The notes: generated from the letters alone by a model not told the origin. A stretch of 64,000 nt of DNA from the human T2T-CHM13v2.0 reference genome, Homo sapiens (GCF_009914755.1 NC_060944.1); one strand, 5' to 3'. Positions 47,866-62,639 are shown, counted from the stretch's first letter. A program made the numbers and translations.

Positions 47866-48163
47866 TTTTCTTTTATTTTTTGAGACAGGGTCTCGCTCTG
47901 TTGCCCAGACAGGAGTGCAGTGGCACAATCCTAGGTCGCTTTAGTCTCAAGCTCCCAGGCCCAGGCAATCCTCCTGCCTCAGCCTCCCGAGTAGTTGGGA
48001 CTACAGGCACGTGCTGCCACACCCCACTAATTTTTAAATTTTTTTGTGGAGACAGGGTCTTGTTTTGTTACCCGGGCTGGTCTGGAACTCCCAGGCTCAA
48101 GTGATTCTCCCACCTAATCCTTCCAAAGTGCTGGAATTACAAGTGTGAGCCACCACACCTGGT
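47866..48163 (-). mobile_element. AluJ-like
   Basis: Diverged reverse dimer in NAA20 intron 1. Confidence 0.9.
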
Positions 48164-49317
48164 TCCCATTTTTTTGTATTTACTTGCCTCTTTGATTAGG
48201 GCATTTTGGTAGAAAACTCTGAGAATGACTCAGATTAGATGATGCAGTTGGAATTGAAATAATCCATGGATGTAGAACACTGCAATTAATTTAACACATA
48301 TTTTATTCTTGGAAAAATATTTGAGTGCCTACTGTGTGCCAGTTCTAGAGACACAGCAGTGAACAAGACATAAACAAAAAGGTGTCTTTATAGAATGTAG
48401 ATTTTCCCCTCTAAACACCTTAATGTATCATAAAGTAGCTGTGACTTCATAGAACACCTGAAACAATTTTGGGGACCCCCTCAAATCCTGGCCCACACCT
48501 TGGGAATCACAGTGCGGGGAGTCATGTGGAACTTAGTGTTCAGTTACAAAGGAAAATAGAAGCAGGGAAGGAAAGCTGGAAGTGAGTGGGGATTCAGCTT
48601 TAGTTTGGGGGTTCAGGGAGACTGCCCTTGAAGAAAGACCTGGGGAAGTTAGGAATGAGTTACATGAACACTGGGGGCCAGGGGAGCTTCCAGATAGAGG
48701 GAACAGTAAGTGAAGACACCCCTGTTTCAAATAGGAGGCAGGCCGCATGGCTGGTACAGAGTGAGCATGGGAGGGTAAGGGGATAACAGCAGAGAGTTAG
48801 AAGGGCAGGGCCTGGAGAGGCCATCATAAGACCTGAACTTCTCTGCCAAGTGCACCAAGAAACCCAGGTGGAGGGGCCAGGAAGGCATCTGGGCATGGGC
48901 GTCTCAAGATTAGGTCTGAGCTAAAGATGGAAATTTGGGGGTCAGCACAAGTGTAGAAAAAAAGGCTAAGAGTTTGTAAGATGGCGCCTTAGGGCATCAA
49001 GTGTTCAAGTAAAGGAGACCGTGTGGCTCAGTGAGGTGAGAGGAGAACCCCATGGTCTCAGAAGCTGAGTGAAGACAGCATTTCAGGCTGTCCCAGGAGT
49101 GGGAAGCTGTTCAAGAGGAGCTGATGGCTCAGTGCACATCATATTTGTACATTTCTTCCAGGAAAGAGAAATTGAAGATGCAGATGCAGGAGGGAAAGAG
49201 AATTGCAGGAGGAGGGTCCCGAGTACTGAGGGGGTCTCTCGCCCGCACTCCGTGCCTATTGACAGGAGAGCAAGTAGCATATGGGTGCAGATGCCTGTGT
49301 GCGTGGGTTCGGTGGGC

Positions 49318-49332
49318 GGGGGGGGGGGGGGG
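49318..49332 (+). repeat. G15 homopolymer
   Basis: gtgggc followed by 15 G. Confidence 0.9.
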
Positions 49333-49492
49333 ACTTTGGCAAAGACTTCTTCCTGTTTTCTCTTCTTAGTGATGAAATAGGAAGCCCCTGAGATGGCGGG
49401 GCTGGAGGTGAGGGTGCGGGTGGGCAGACAAGAGGAGATAAAGCAGTTCAGTCGTCGAAAGGTGTGGTGGAGTGACTCCCTGCACTGTATTA

Positions 49493-49957
49493 GAGCAGTG
49501 ATTCTCAAGGAGTGGGCCAGGGTTTGGGGTCCCCAAGATTGTTTCAGGTGTTGTGTGAGGTTAGAGCTATCTTCATGATGTATTAAGAAGGTTTTTCATC
49601 TTTTCCACTGTCATTCCCTCACAAGTAGACAGTGGAGCTTCCCAAGGTGTGATCTTTCAGCAGCAAGCATAACAAATGCTTGAGAATCCCGTTGTCTTTT
49701 AAGCAGGACGTTGCAGAATTGTTAAAACAATGCCATTGTTGTCACTGGATTTTGTTTTGTTTTGTTTTCGGAAGTATAGTGATTTTTTTGGTAAAGGTAT
49801 TTGTGTTAACGTGTAATTGATTTATTATTTTTGAGTGAATATTTAAAATTTTTAAATCTCAGTAGATATTACGCGTATAAACAAAAGTTCTTTGGAGTCT
49901 TCAGTAACTTTTTAGCGTAAAGGAGTTCTGAAACCAAACAGTTTAAGAACTGCTGGA
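49493..49957. mobile_element. hAT-Charlie DNA transposon remnant
   Basis: Termini cagtgattctcaa ... tttaagaactgctg. Confidence 0.55.
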
Positions 49958-50735
49958 CTACAGAAATATGATATGACTAGCATTGTTATGGGTCTCAAAG
50001 GAGAATTTGACTAGAAATCAGAAGAGAACAGTTGAAAAGTAGCTGGTTTTGAACCTGACAAAATAGTGGCTCCATTAATTGACTAGGGAAGTGAGGGGAT
50101 GGAGATGGGTTTTCAGAATGCAGATTTGGGAATGGTGTGCTGGGATGTGCTGGTGAGCTGCCCACAGCATCGGAGCCAGGTTGGGAGGCATCCACTAAGA
50201 ACACGTGATTGAACACATAGGAATGGGGATGGTGGGGACAGGGAGGTGGGAGTGTAGAATAGGAGTGGGGAGCAAAAACCGAGTGGTGGGAGTGACCACA
50301 TTTAGAGGGTGGAATAAAGGAGCAATTGTCAGGGAAGACCCAGACACAGGCGGGGAGGATCCATGGGGTTGGATGCTGCAGCGGGCGAGTTTGACCTTCT
50401 GTCTCTGCGAGATACATCCCTAGTTGGTCTCCAGTTCCATTAGCAATTTATTGCCACTTAGAAAACACAAGATGTAGATTTATTAACTTGAATTTTAAAG
50501 AAGCAAGTAGCAGTTAAGTGAAAAAATATGTAAACACCTTAATAGTGGCTGTGACAGCTTATTATGGCTATTAGGTAGATTAAATCATCTGCCTCAGCCC
50601 TAAAGTTGGCCTTAAAGTTGTTGATGAAACATGTTTTGTTTTCCTTGTGGCATATTACTGTTAGCTTTAGCAGGCTTATTTCAACTGGTTATTGTAAACG
50701 CTGCTTACTAGAGACATTTCTCTTGTTTCTTTCAG

Positions 50736-50760
50736 TAACTTGGATCCACTTACAGAAACT
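50736..50760 (+). CDS. NAA20: NAA20 exon 2 (25-nt microexon)
   Basis: tctttcag|T AAC TTG GAT CCA CTT ACA GAA ACT|gtatccttt, giving (I)NLDPLTET. Not in the ORF track in this frame. Confidence 0.93.
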
Positions 50761-51303
50761 GTATCCTTTTTTACAAAAAAAAAAAAGTTGAATGAAGATT
50801 TACTGAGAATAAAGAAAACAGAAATGAAAGGAAAACAGAGGAGTACTGAAAAGTTTAAAAACTTGTAGGTCAGGAAACATCATAAGCAACACTGAAAGCA
50901 ATTTTAAAAAGTGAAACTGAGAACAAGAGTTGTCTTAGATCTGCTGACAAACTGTTAATATCATGACTTGGTAGAAATCTGTAACATCATAGCTCCCCTG
51001 CCAACCTTGCCCCTCAGGAGTCAGCATGGCTGTATTCACCAGAAAGCACAGTGACTTCAGCAAGGTGGCTGCATAGTCTCCAGTGTGAACAAAGTCTGGA
51101 GATAAGCAGTCCCAGGCAGGTGATGCTTCCATGAAGACACCAACAGCCAGGCTCTTTGCAGTTTAAGCACTCTACCCCTCCCAGGGTGGCCGTAACCTTG
51201 TTCCAGATGTTGCCACAGCAAACAGCATCACAGCCATGTTTCCGGCAGCAGAAACAGCAGAGGGGGAGGTGAGGGTGTTCTTCCCTTTTAAGAGTACCTT
51301 TGG

Positions 51304-51608
51304 GCCTGTACTCCCAGCACTTTGGGGGGCCAAGGCAGGCAGATCACGAGGTCAGGCGTTCAAGACCAGCCTGGCCAACATGGTGAAACCCCGTCCGTCT
51401 CTAGTAAAAATACAAGAACTAGCCAGCCGTGGTGGCTCACTCCGTAATCCCAGCTACTTAGGAGGCTGAGGCAGGAGAATCGCTTGAACCAGGACCCGGG
51501 AGGCAGAGGTTGCAGTGAGCCGAGGTTGCAGTGAGCCGAGATCGCGCCACTGCACTCCAGCCTGGGCTACATGTAGAGCGAGACTCCGTCTCAAAAAAAA
51601 AAAAAAAA
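51304..51608 (+). mobile_element. 5'-truncated Alu with internal microduplications and TSD
   Basis: TSD agagtacctttggg at 51291-51304 and 51611-51624. Confidence 0.93.
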
Positions 51609-52232
51609 GGAGAGTACCTTTGGGAAATGCCACACAGGCCCGCTCTGTCTCATTGACCAGCACCTGTTTCATGCTTCACCTGTCTACTGAATCCTATCTA
51701 GAGTCCAGAAATGTGCCCTGCTTTATAAATTGGGACTTGTTACTAAAGTGAAGGCTTTGAGGTAACAATGAACAGTGTCTATTATTGTCCTAATGGAAAA
51801 ATGGGGCAAAGATGTGAAGATAGGATACTGTGGTTATGCTGCTGTAACAGATAACCCCACATCTCTAGTGGCTTACAACACAAAGTTCGGATTCTGTGTT
51901 ATGCTCTGTATCTACTGTAGGTGGGTAGGAGGGTTCTGCTAACCGGTAATTTATCAAAAGAGGGCATATAGGAGCTTAATGAACGTGTTAAGAGTTCAGT
52001 CTCATCAGTCAAAAGACATGTAAACTAAAACCAAAATGAGATGCCATATTTTATGTATCAGCCAAGATTTTAAAAAATGATAAACCTCAGTGCTGATGAT
52101 GGTGAGGTGAGAGGAACATTCTCATAAATTGCTAGTGACAATATAAATTGCTATTATCTTTCCAGAAGGCACTTTGGAAATAGTAATTCCATTTCCTGAA
52201 AGCTGAAAATAAGAAGAAATAGAGGCAGTTTG

Positions 52233-52439
52233 TCAGTGGTTGACAAAATAAGGCCCATAGGCCAAATCTGGCCCACTGCCTGTTTTTGTAAATAAAATGT
52301 TATTGGGACACCACGCTGATTAATTTATATTTTTTTCTGTGGCTTTTGCAGTTTGAGTAGTTCAGCAGGGACTGTATGGCCCACAAAGCCTAGGATGTTA
52401 ACTATTTGGCCTTTTACAGAAAAAGTTTGCTAACCCCTG
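52233..52439. mobile_element. MER58A-like DNA transposon
   Basis: cagtggttgacaaa...ggccaaatctggcccactgcctgtttttgtaaataaa...aaaaagtttgctaacccctg. Confidence 0.85.
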
Positions 52440-53956
52440 AGTTATACCATTACAAACATTATTTATTGCAGGAGAGTTACTAAGCATTTGGAATAAGATT
52501 CACACACAACAATCAGGAGATGGTTAAGTAAATTAAGCTGTACTGAAGAAGGATTTCAAACATTTTTTTGAGAAACAGGAAATGACCCAGGTGTCCATTG
52601 TCAGGATACAGGCTATTTAAGGTGTCTCTTCACATAAAGAAATACTATACAGCAGTAAAAATTAACTTACAGGTGCAGGCAGCAACAGGACTACATATCA
52701 GAAACAAAACTGAATGGGAAAAGCAAAAAATCTCTGCAGGTTCATCTGGATTTTTTAAATTACGACTAATGATATCACCACTTTTAAGATTTTTGAAGAA
52801 TTTTGAATGACAAAAGTTTCACTATATAGGAAGGAAGGATTTTAGGATGCAAATCCGTTTATATGGTGTGCTTCCAGTGACATTTAAAATTTGCAGTGAA
52901 AGTCCCATAATCCAGGTGAGCCTATATTTGAAAGTAACCTGTTAGGTCCTAGAGGTCGATGGGAGGGAGGGGTGTCTGGGACTCCTCTGTTAGCCACAGA
53001 AGAGATGGTTGTGGTATATGTCAGTGGCTGGCTGGCAGGAAGACTGGCTGTCCTGCCATGTTAAGGGTTGTATTTGAGGGGTATTCAAAATAATGATGGT
53101 CCTTCAGAGGAGATTTTGAAGAATTTCGCACGGAACAGGTTTTCCAGGAACTTAAAAAATATATTTATGTGTGATTGATGGTGTCCTCTGATAAATTGCA
53201 TCAGAAAGTTTATACTAACAAGAAATATATTTTCATCCATTAAAGTACAGAGTAAAAAGAAGAAGAGAAATGTAGGAATGATTACATGTCAGTAAGGATA
53301 TCCCAAGGTTGAAGAGTGAAGTCATGAGCAAATTATTCAGGCATTTACTGTTAACATAGTTGATTCCTTAAGTCAGCTTTTATCTGCATTACTAGAAATG
53401 CAGGATTTGAATCAGTGGAGAGGAAAAACTGGGTAATTAAGTTGGCTCTGGAAGGACTTAGGTTGTAAAGTTATTTTCACAGTCTCATAGCTGAAGTCAA
53501 AGTAGGAACTACCCATTAATTTTTCAGTGCAATTATGTAAGCATCAGTGTATTAAGCATCTACTGTGTACCAGGCACCAGGGACAGAGGGAACATGATAT
53601 TCATAGACTAAGAGGAGGCAGACCGCAAACAAACAATATCAGGTGATAAATGGAGAGACTTAGATATGGTATGGTCAGTAGGGAAGTAGACTGTAGAACT
53701 TTGGGGTCCTGATTCTCTGCTTTCTATTAGACAGTGCTATCACCATTCCACACTTGAGGCTATATGTCCAGGCAATTTTGTTAAAAATCAGTGATAACCT
53801 AAATATTTCATGTAATGGTATGTATGATTATAGGACTCATACAGAGCTGGGGATAAAGTAACAGTATACTTTTTAAAGGAAACTTTTTTTACAATATCCC
53901 TTAATGAAGAACTTTTTACTGTCCATTACTTTTCACACTCCTTAACAGGACTCTAG

Positions 53957-54047
53957 TATGGGATTCCTTTCTACCTACAATACCTCGCCCACTGGCCAGA
54001 GTATTTCATTGTTGCAGAGGCACCTGGTGGAGAATTAATGGGTTATA
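53957..54047 (+). CDS. NAA20: NAA20 exon 3
   Basis: ctctag|TAT GGG ATT... encoding YGIPFYLQYLAHWPEYFIVAEAPGGELMGY(I); donor A|gtaagt. Confidence 0.95.
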
Positions 54048-54302
54048 GTAAGTATAATACCACTAGTATTTTGTGGAGTAGGTAAAGATTTTAATATAGA
54101 TTTCAACTGATTGCTTTAGACTGCAGAATTGGAATATAATGATGCTTGTAATTTTATTTCCTCTTCAACAATTCAAGAACTTACTGATCTCTGTTTTGGG
54201 CACTGTGCTAGGCCCAGGCGATAACGGCAGTGAACCAGACAGACATGGTCTTAGTCTTCTTAAATCTTTCATTCTAAAAAAAAAAAAAATCTTTCATTCT
54301 AA

Positions 54303-54600
54303 GGCCAGGTACAGTGGCTCACGCCTGTAATCCCAACACTTTGGAAGGCCAAGGCAGGCAGATCCTTTGAGGTCAGGAGTTCAAGATCGGCCTGGCCAAA
54401 TGGTGAAAGCCTGCCTCTACTAAAAATACAAAAAATTAGCTGGGCGTGGTATCGCGTGCCTATAATCCCAGCTACTCAGGAAGCTGAGGCGGGAGAATCA
54501 CTTGAACCCCGGAGGCAGAACTTGCAGTGGGCTGAGATCATGCCACTGCACTCCAGCCTGGGTGACACAGTGAGACTCTGTCTCAAAAAAAAAAAAAAAA
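54303..54600 (+). mobile_element. Alu with triplicated TSD
   Basis: aaatctttcattcta at 54262, 54287 and 54598. Confidence 0.95.
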
Positions 54601-55063
54601 TCTTTCATTCTATACTTTTGTTAAATTTCTACATGGTTTATTTAGTACATAATGCAGGCATCATAGCATCCTCATTGAATTAGCATTACTAACAGAACCT
54701 TTAGCTCTGAACTATATGTGTACATCCACATGTACCCACATATACCCACACCCATATGAAATGCAGATATTTGAAAAAATACATACTCTGGTTTTTTTTT
54801 TTTCAAAATTAGTTGTGTTTTAAGTATATCGTTCTTTTTTGTTCTAATTCTGATTTTAGAACTATTCTAAATGTAACAGATAGTGTTACATTTACAAGTG
54901 AATTTCAAATAAAAGCACTAACTGTTAGCTGGATGACCTCAGGTGGTACTTAAAAACTTCTTTATTAGTTTCCTTTGTAATAAAAACATACTGAACAGTA
55001 ATTCTATATTTATGTGTAAATCAATGTCTAGTTACTGAATGTGATTTTTGTTGTTGTTGGCAG

Positions 55064-55199
55064 TTATGGGTAAAGCAGAAGGCTCAGTAGCTAGGGAAGA
55101 ATGGCACGGGCACGTCACAGCTCTGTCTGTTGCCCCAGAATTTCGACGCCTTGGTTTGGCTGCTAAACTTATGGAGTTACTAGAGGAGATTTCAGAAAG
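55064..55199 (+). CDS. NAA20: NAA20 exon 4 (acetyl-CoA-binding RRLGLA motif)
   Basis: tggcag|TT ATG GGT... encoding MGKAEGSVAREEWHGHVTALSVAPEFRRLGLAAKLMELLEEISE(R); donor AG|gtgaga. Confidence 0.95.
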
Positions 55200-56564
55200 G
55201 TGAGATTCAGTTTTTCAAATACACTTAGTGATTTGTGGACCCCTAACCATTTTCTTCCCCTTCAGGCTGAATAACTGTCATGCTTTACAGTTCACAGGAA
55301 TTTCATCTTCCATCTCCAGTAGTCCTTAGAACAATTCTATCACATAGTCAAAGTGATATTGTTTCTATTTTGCCATTGAGGAAATTAAGGCAAAGTGTTG
55401 TAGTGACCCGCTATAGGCCTATAAGCTGAGGAATTGGTGCAATTCAGTTCCAAAGGCTAGCTCTCGAGGTTTCTCTTAGTGTTCCTGCCACAGTGGCACA
55501 CATTCCTAAAATCTGTTACCATTGCTTTGGCATCTGAATAAATTTTTAGCAGTGCTCCTCGGCCAAAAGAAAATAGTTCAGTCTTAAGCAGTTATATTCT
55601 AACTGTTTAATAAGTATTTATAGCCTAACAGCTAATAGCCATTTAGAAAAAAAATAAATTGAAAGAAGAAATATTTTCATTTCATTCTTAAATAACTGTG
55701 GCTAGCTACCAATGAGAGGTGTGCACCTGTTGGACATTAAATGACTTGGCAGAACCACTTGCATTCCTGTTTCATATTGATTTTCATCTAGTATTTTTTT
55801 TTAATCACAGCAACTGCCAGAAACTCAGCTTCATAGAAATATTATGTCATTAAGAGGAATGTAGCATGATCTTACGTTGAATTTGTGAACTACTTCAAAC
55901 TAGTTTGCCAATATCTGACATGTAAGGTTTTGCTGTTTTCCCTGAACATTCGAAATATCCTTTGGTGGCTGTATGAGTTTGGGACACCTTAGGGCACCTG
56001 AGTGCACAGTTTGCGAACTGCCAGCATGGCATTTTTTTTTTTTTTTTTAAGGGACGTGTTGTATATATCAAACCTCTTCATTACTGGAGATAAAAGAAAT
56101 ACAATAAATAGAAGAGAAGGCCCCTCCTCGTATCTTCATTCTAGAAGAGAGATGTTTGTAGTAGCTTCACCTGTTGTCAAGCTGCCATTTCTTTCTCCAC
56201 TGTAATTTCCTAAAAGTGTGGTAGGAAAGAGAATAGTTGCTGAGAAGGGTTCTTGAGCTTAATTTCTACTTAATTATTAGATTTAATAAAGGCAAGTTTT
56301 AAAGAAGTATCTGTGGCCTGACAAAGACTTCAAGCCAAATTAGAGGCAAAGGAGCTCAAACTCATTCAGAGAAGAAATTGTGTTAGCTGAAAAAGAAGTC
56401 GGTGCTAATCTTTAAGATTTTTTAAAGTTCTCTCTAGACCAAACAAAGAAGGGAAGAAAATTTTAGCATGATTATAGTTTACACACATTTATTAATGGCA
56501 TTATGTTGAAAAAAAGTATTTGGCATTATTGTATAGTGAACAGGGAGTTAGAAAGTGGGTTGTT

Positions 56565-56780
56565 CAATGAGAACACATGGACACAGGGAGGGGAACATCA
56601 CACACCAGGGCCTGTCGGGGGTGGGGGTCTAAGGGAGGGATAGAATTAGGATAAATACCTAATGTAGATGACGAGTTGATGGGTGCAGCAAACCACCATG
56701 GCACGCGTATACCTATGTAACAAACCTGCACGTTCTGCACATGTATCCCAGAACTTAAAGTATAATAATAATAAAAAAAA
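56565..56780 (+). mobile_element. Truncated L1PA 3' end
   Basis: caatgagaacacatggacacagggagggg...cttaaagtataataataataaaaaaaa; degenerate TSD aaagtgggttgt / aaagcaggtcgt. Confidence 0.9.
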
Positions 56781-57099
56781 GCAGGTCGTAACTAGCTATG
56801 ACCTTGCACATATAATTTAGGGTATTTGTATGATAGATTCTCCCTCTGAGTAGAAGACCACTAAGCTCTCTTCCCTTCCAGTTTCTAAGCCTTCATTATT
56901 TTAGACTAGTTGCTAAGATTTAAGTAATCTTCATTTGTAGGCATATATATACATATACACATACATGATACATATACATATGCTTATATACACTATATAC
57001 ATGTATACATAGTGCATACAATGTATACATTAAAAATAGAAACCAAACAAGTAGAGGAGAAGAAAAATTGAATGATAGAAGTCAACTCCAAAGAAGAGA

Positions 57100-60520
<3,421 letters not shown>

Positions 60521-60787
60521 CCTTGAGTTTATCTTTTAAGAAAACGTGTTGCTTTTGAAATACTAGCATGCAAACATAAAGTCATGTTCTTACACTGCAA
60601 AGTAATTGTCATAAATCCTAAGTAATACAAATTTCTATTACCATGTAATCAGCTACAAGGTCCTATTACTACCATTCTGAGTAGTAGTCAAAGCAAGGTA
60701 AAAACACGTTTTAAAAAAAATATGTATCTATTACTTTCTAGGGTTTCTCACATTCTAACATTTTCCTTTTTTGTTTTTCTTTTAAAG

Positions 60788-60933
60788 AAAGGGTGGATTT
60801 TTTGTGGATCTCTTTGTAAGAGTATCTAACCAAGTTGCAGTTAACATGTACAAGCAGTTGGGCTACAGTGTATATAGGACGGTCATAGAGTACTATTCGG
60901 CCAGCAACGGGGAGCCTGATGAGGACGCTTATG
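60788..60933 (+). CDS. NAA20: NAA20 exon 5
   Basis: tttaaag|A AAG GGT... encoding KGGFFVDLFVRVSNQVAVNMYKQLGY...DEDAY(D); donor G|gtaagc. Confidence 0.95.
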
Positions 60934-61381
60934 GTAAGCTCCCTTCCATGGCAGTATCCCCAAGAAGTCGAAACAGTTACATTCTTTCTACAGATTGTAG
61001 TATTTGATTATTTTAATAAATGTAGAATATTTGACTTTAAAATTTAAATTTCCCTCAACCTACCTTTATCAACCTATTAGTAGTAGTAATTAACTTACCT
61101 ATTAACTAACCAATGGTTAATTTCTGTACCTTACTGTTTCACTCTGTTACATACATATTATTTTGCTAACAAGAAAACGTGTATTGTGAGCTGAATACTG
61201 GGTGAGGTCTGGTTAGCATCTGGTACACTTGGCAATTGGGAGACATTTATAAATACATTTTGCTTAGAATATGGTGAAGTGGGGGTAGGGATAAAACCTC
61301 TTATGGGAACTTTACCTATACACTTTACATTTGATATAATACATTTTTTGGGTGTTTATATTAAACTTTGCTTCTTTACAG

Positions 61382-61467
61382 ATATGAGGAAAGCACTTTC
61401 CAGGGATACTGAGAAGAAATCCATCATACCATTACCTCATCCTGTGAGGCCTGAAGACATTGAATAA
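61382..61467 (+). CDS. NAA20: NAA20 exon 6 CDS to TAA stop
   Basis: tttacag|AT ATG AGG... encoding MRKALSRDTEKKSIIPLPHPVRPEDIE*. Exon sum 53+25+91+136+146+86 = 537 nt = 178 aa plus stop. Confidence 0.96.
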
Positions 61468-61915
61468 CCCTGGGCAGTGGTTCTTAGGCAGATACTCTAG
61501 ATGCTTTATGGACAATATTATTTTCATTGGATGATTCTGGAGCTCTATTAGGAGAAAAGTAATCATTTTAGGTCTTAAAGACTTCAAGAAAATACAGGTT
61601 ATCAATTTATTTTAAATCTCATTGTTTCCAGTTAGCAATATCATACCTATTAAAGCTGTTCATTGTAACAAAATTCAATCAAAAAGGCAGCTAGGTCAGA
61701 AGGAAACATACCACTCTCATGGTTCATAGTATTCACTGTATGTATGCTAGGGAAAAGACTTGCTCCAGTCTCCTCCTCAGTTCTGTGCCTGAGAACCACT
61801 GCTGCATATATTTGTTTTTAAATTTTGTATTGAACTGTTAATTGAAGCTTTAAAAGCATATATGAAATGTATAAATCTAAGATGTATAATACATTATTGA
61901 CTCTATGAATGTTTT
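61468..61915 (+). other. NAA20: NAA20 3'UTR (end approximate)
   Basis: ATTAAA at 61649; variant signals TATAAA at 61870 and AATACA at 61888, with several TGTA motifs nearby. Confidence 0.7.
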
Positions 61916-61953
61916 CTGAAGTTTGTTAGTCATTTGTAAAACTAAATCAGATT

Positions 61954-62204
61954 GTAATCCCAGTACTTTGGGAGGCCAAGGCAGGCTGATTGCTTGAGGT
62001 CAGGAGTTTGAGACCAGCCTGGCCAAAATCTATACTAAAAAAAATACAAAAATTAGCTGGGCATCCCAGCTATGCAGAAGCTGAAGCACAAGAATTGCTT
62101 GAACCCTGGAGGTGGAGGTTGCAGTGAGCTGAGATCGTCCCACTGCACTCCAGCCCGGGCAACAGAGTAAGACCCTGCCTCAAGAAAAAAAAAAAAAAAA
62201 AAAA
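61954..62204 (+). mobile_element. 5'-truncated, internally deleted Alu
   Basis: Starts tgtaatcccag; TSD-like aaatcagattgt / aaatcaggattgt. Confidence 0.88.
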
Positions 62205-62639
62205 TCAGGATTGTGAAAGGTCATCATCATTTAAGATACGTTTAATTAAATTGTGACTTCCATACGTAGTATTTTAAAAATGCACACTTGAAGCAATCAC
62301 TGTCCAGCATACTTAAGAAGCTCCCTTCTTATCGTGTAGTAAATTCTTCCCAGTCACCTGCGTTCATACCATTATACTGTTTGTTTGTTAGTCCTAGATC
62401 TTTTCTCCTCTTCACAATGCTTTGCTTAAATCCTGCCCTTCTAAAAAGCCAAAAAAAAAAAAAAAAAACTTGAGGTTTTTTTTTTTTTTGGAGAGGGAAA
62501 AGAACATAATTCCTAAAGAAAGGCCATATAACTATATCATAGGCCAACCATGTATTTTATGTGTAGTGTCTTCCTCTGTAATATGTGAAAATATCCAGTT
62601 AGTTAGTTAGTGAAAGACTTAACGAAAGAAAAACCCACA

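Larger units (their letters stand above)
50761..53956 (+). other. NAA20: U12-type (minor spliceosome) GT-AG intron 2 of NAA20
   Basis: 5'ss GTATCCTTT; branch sequence TCCTTAAC at 53939-53946; acceptor ctag 10 nt later with no polypyrimidine tract in between. Confidence 0.93.
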
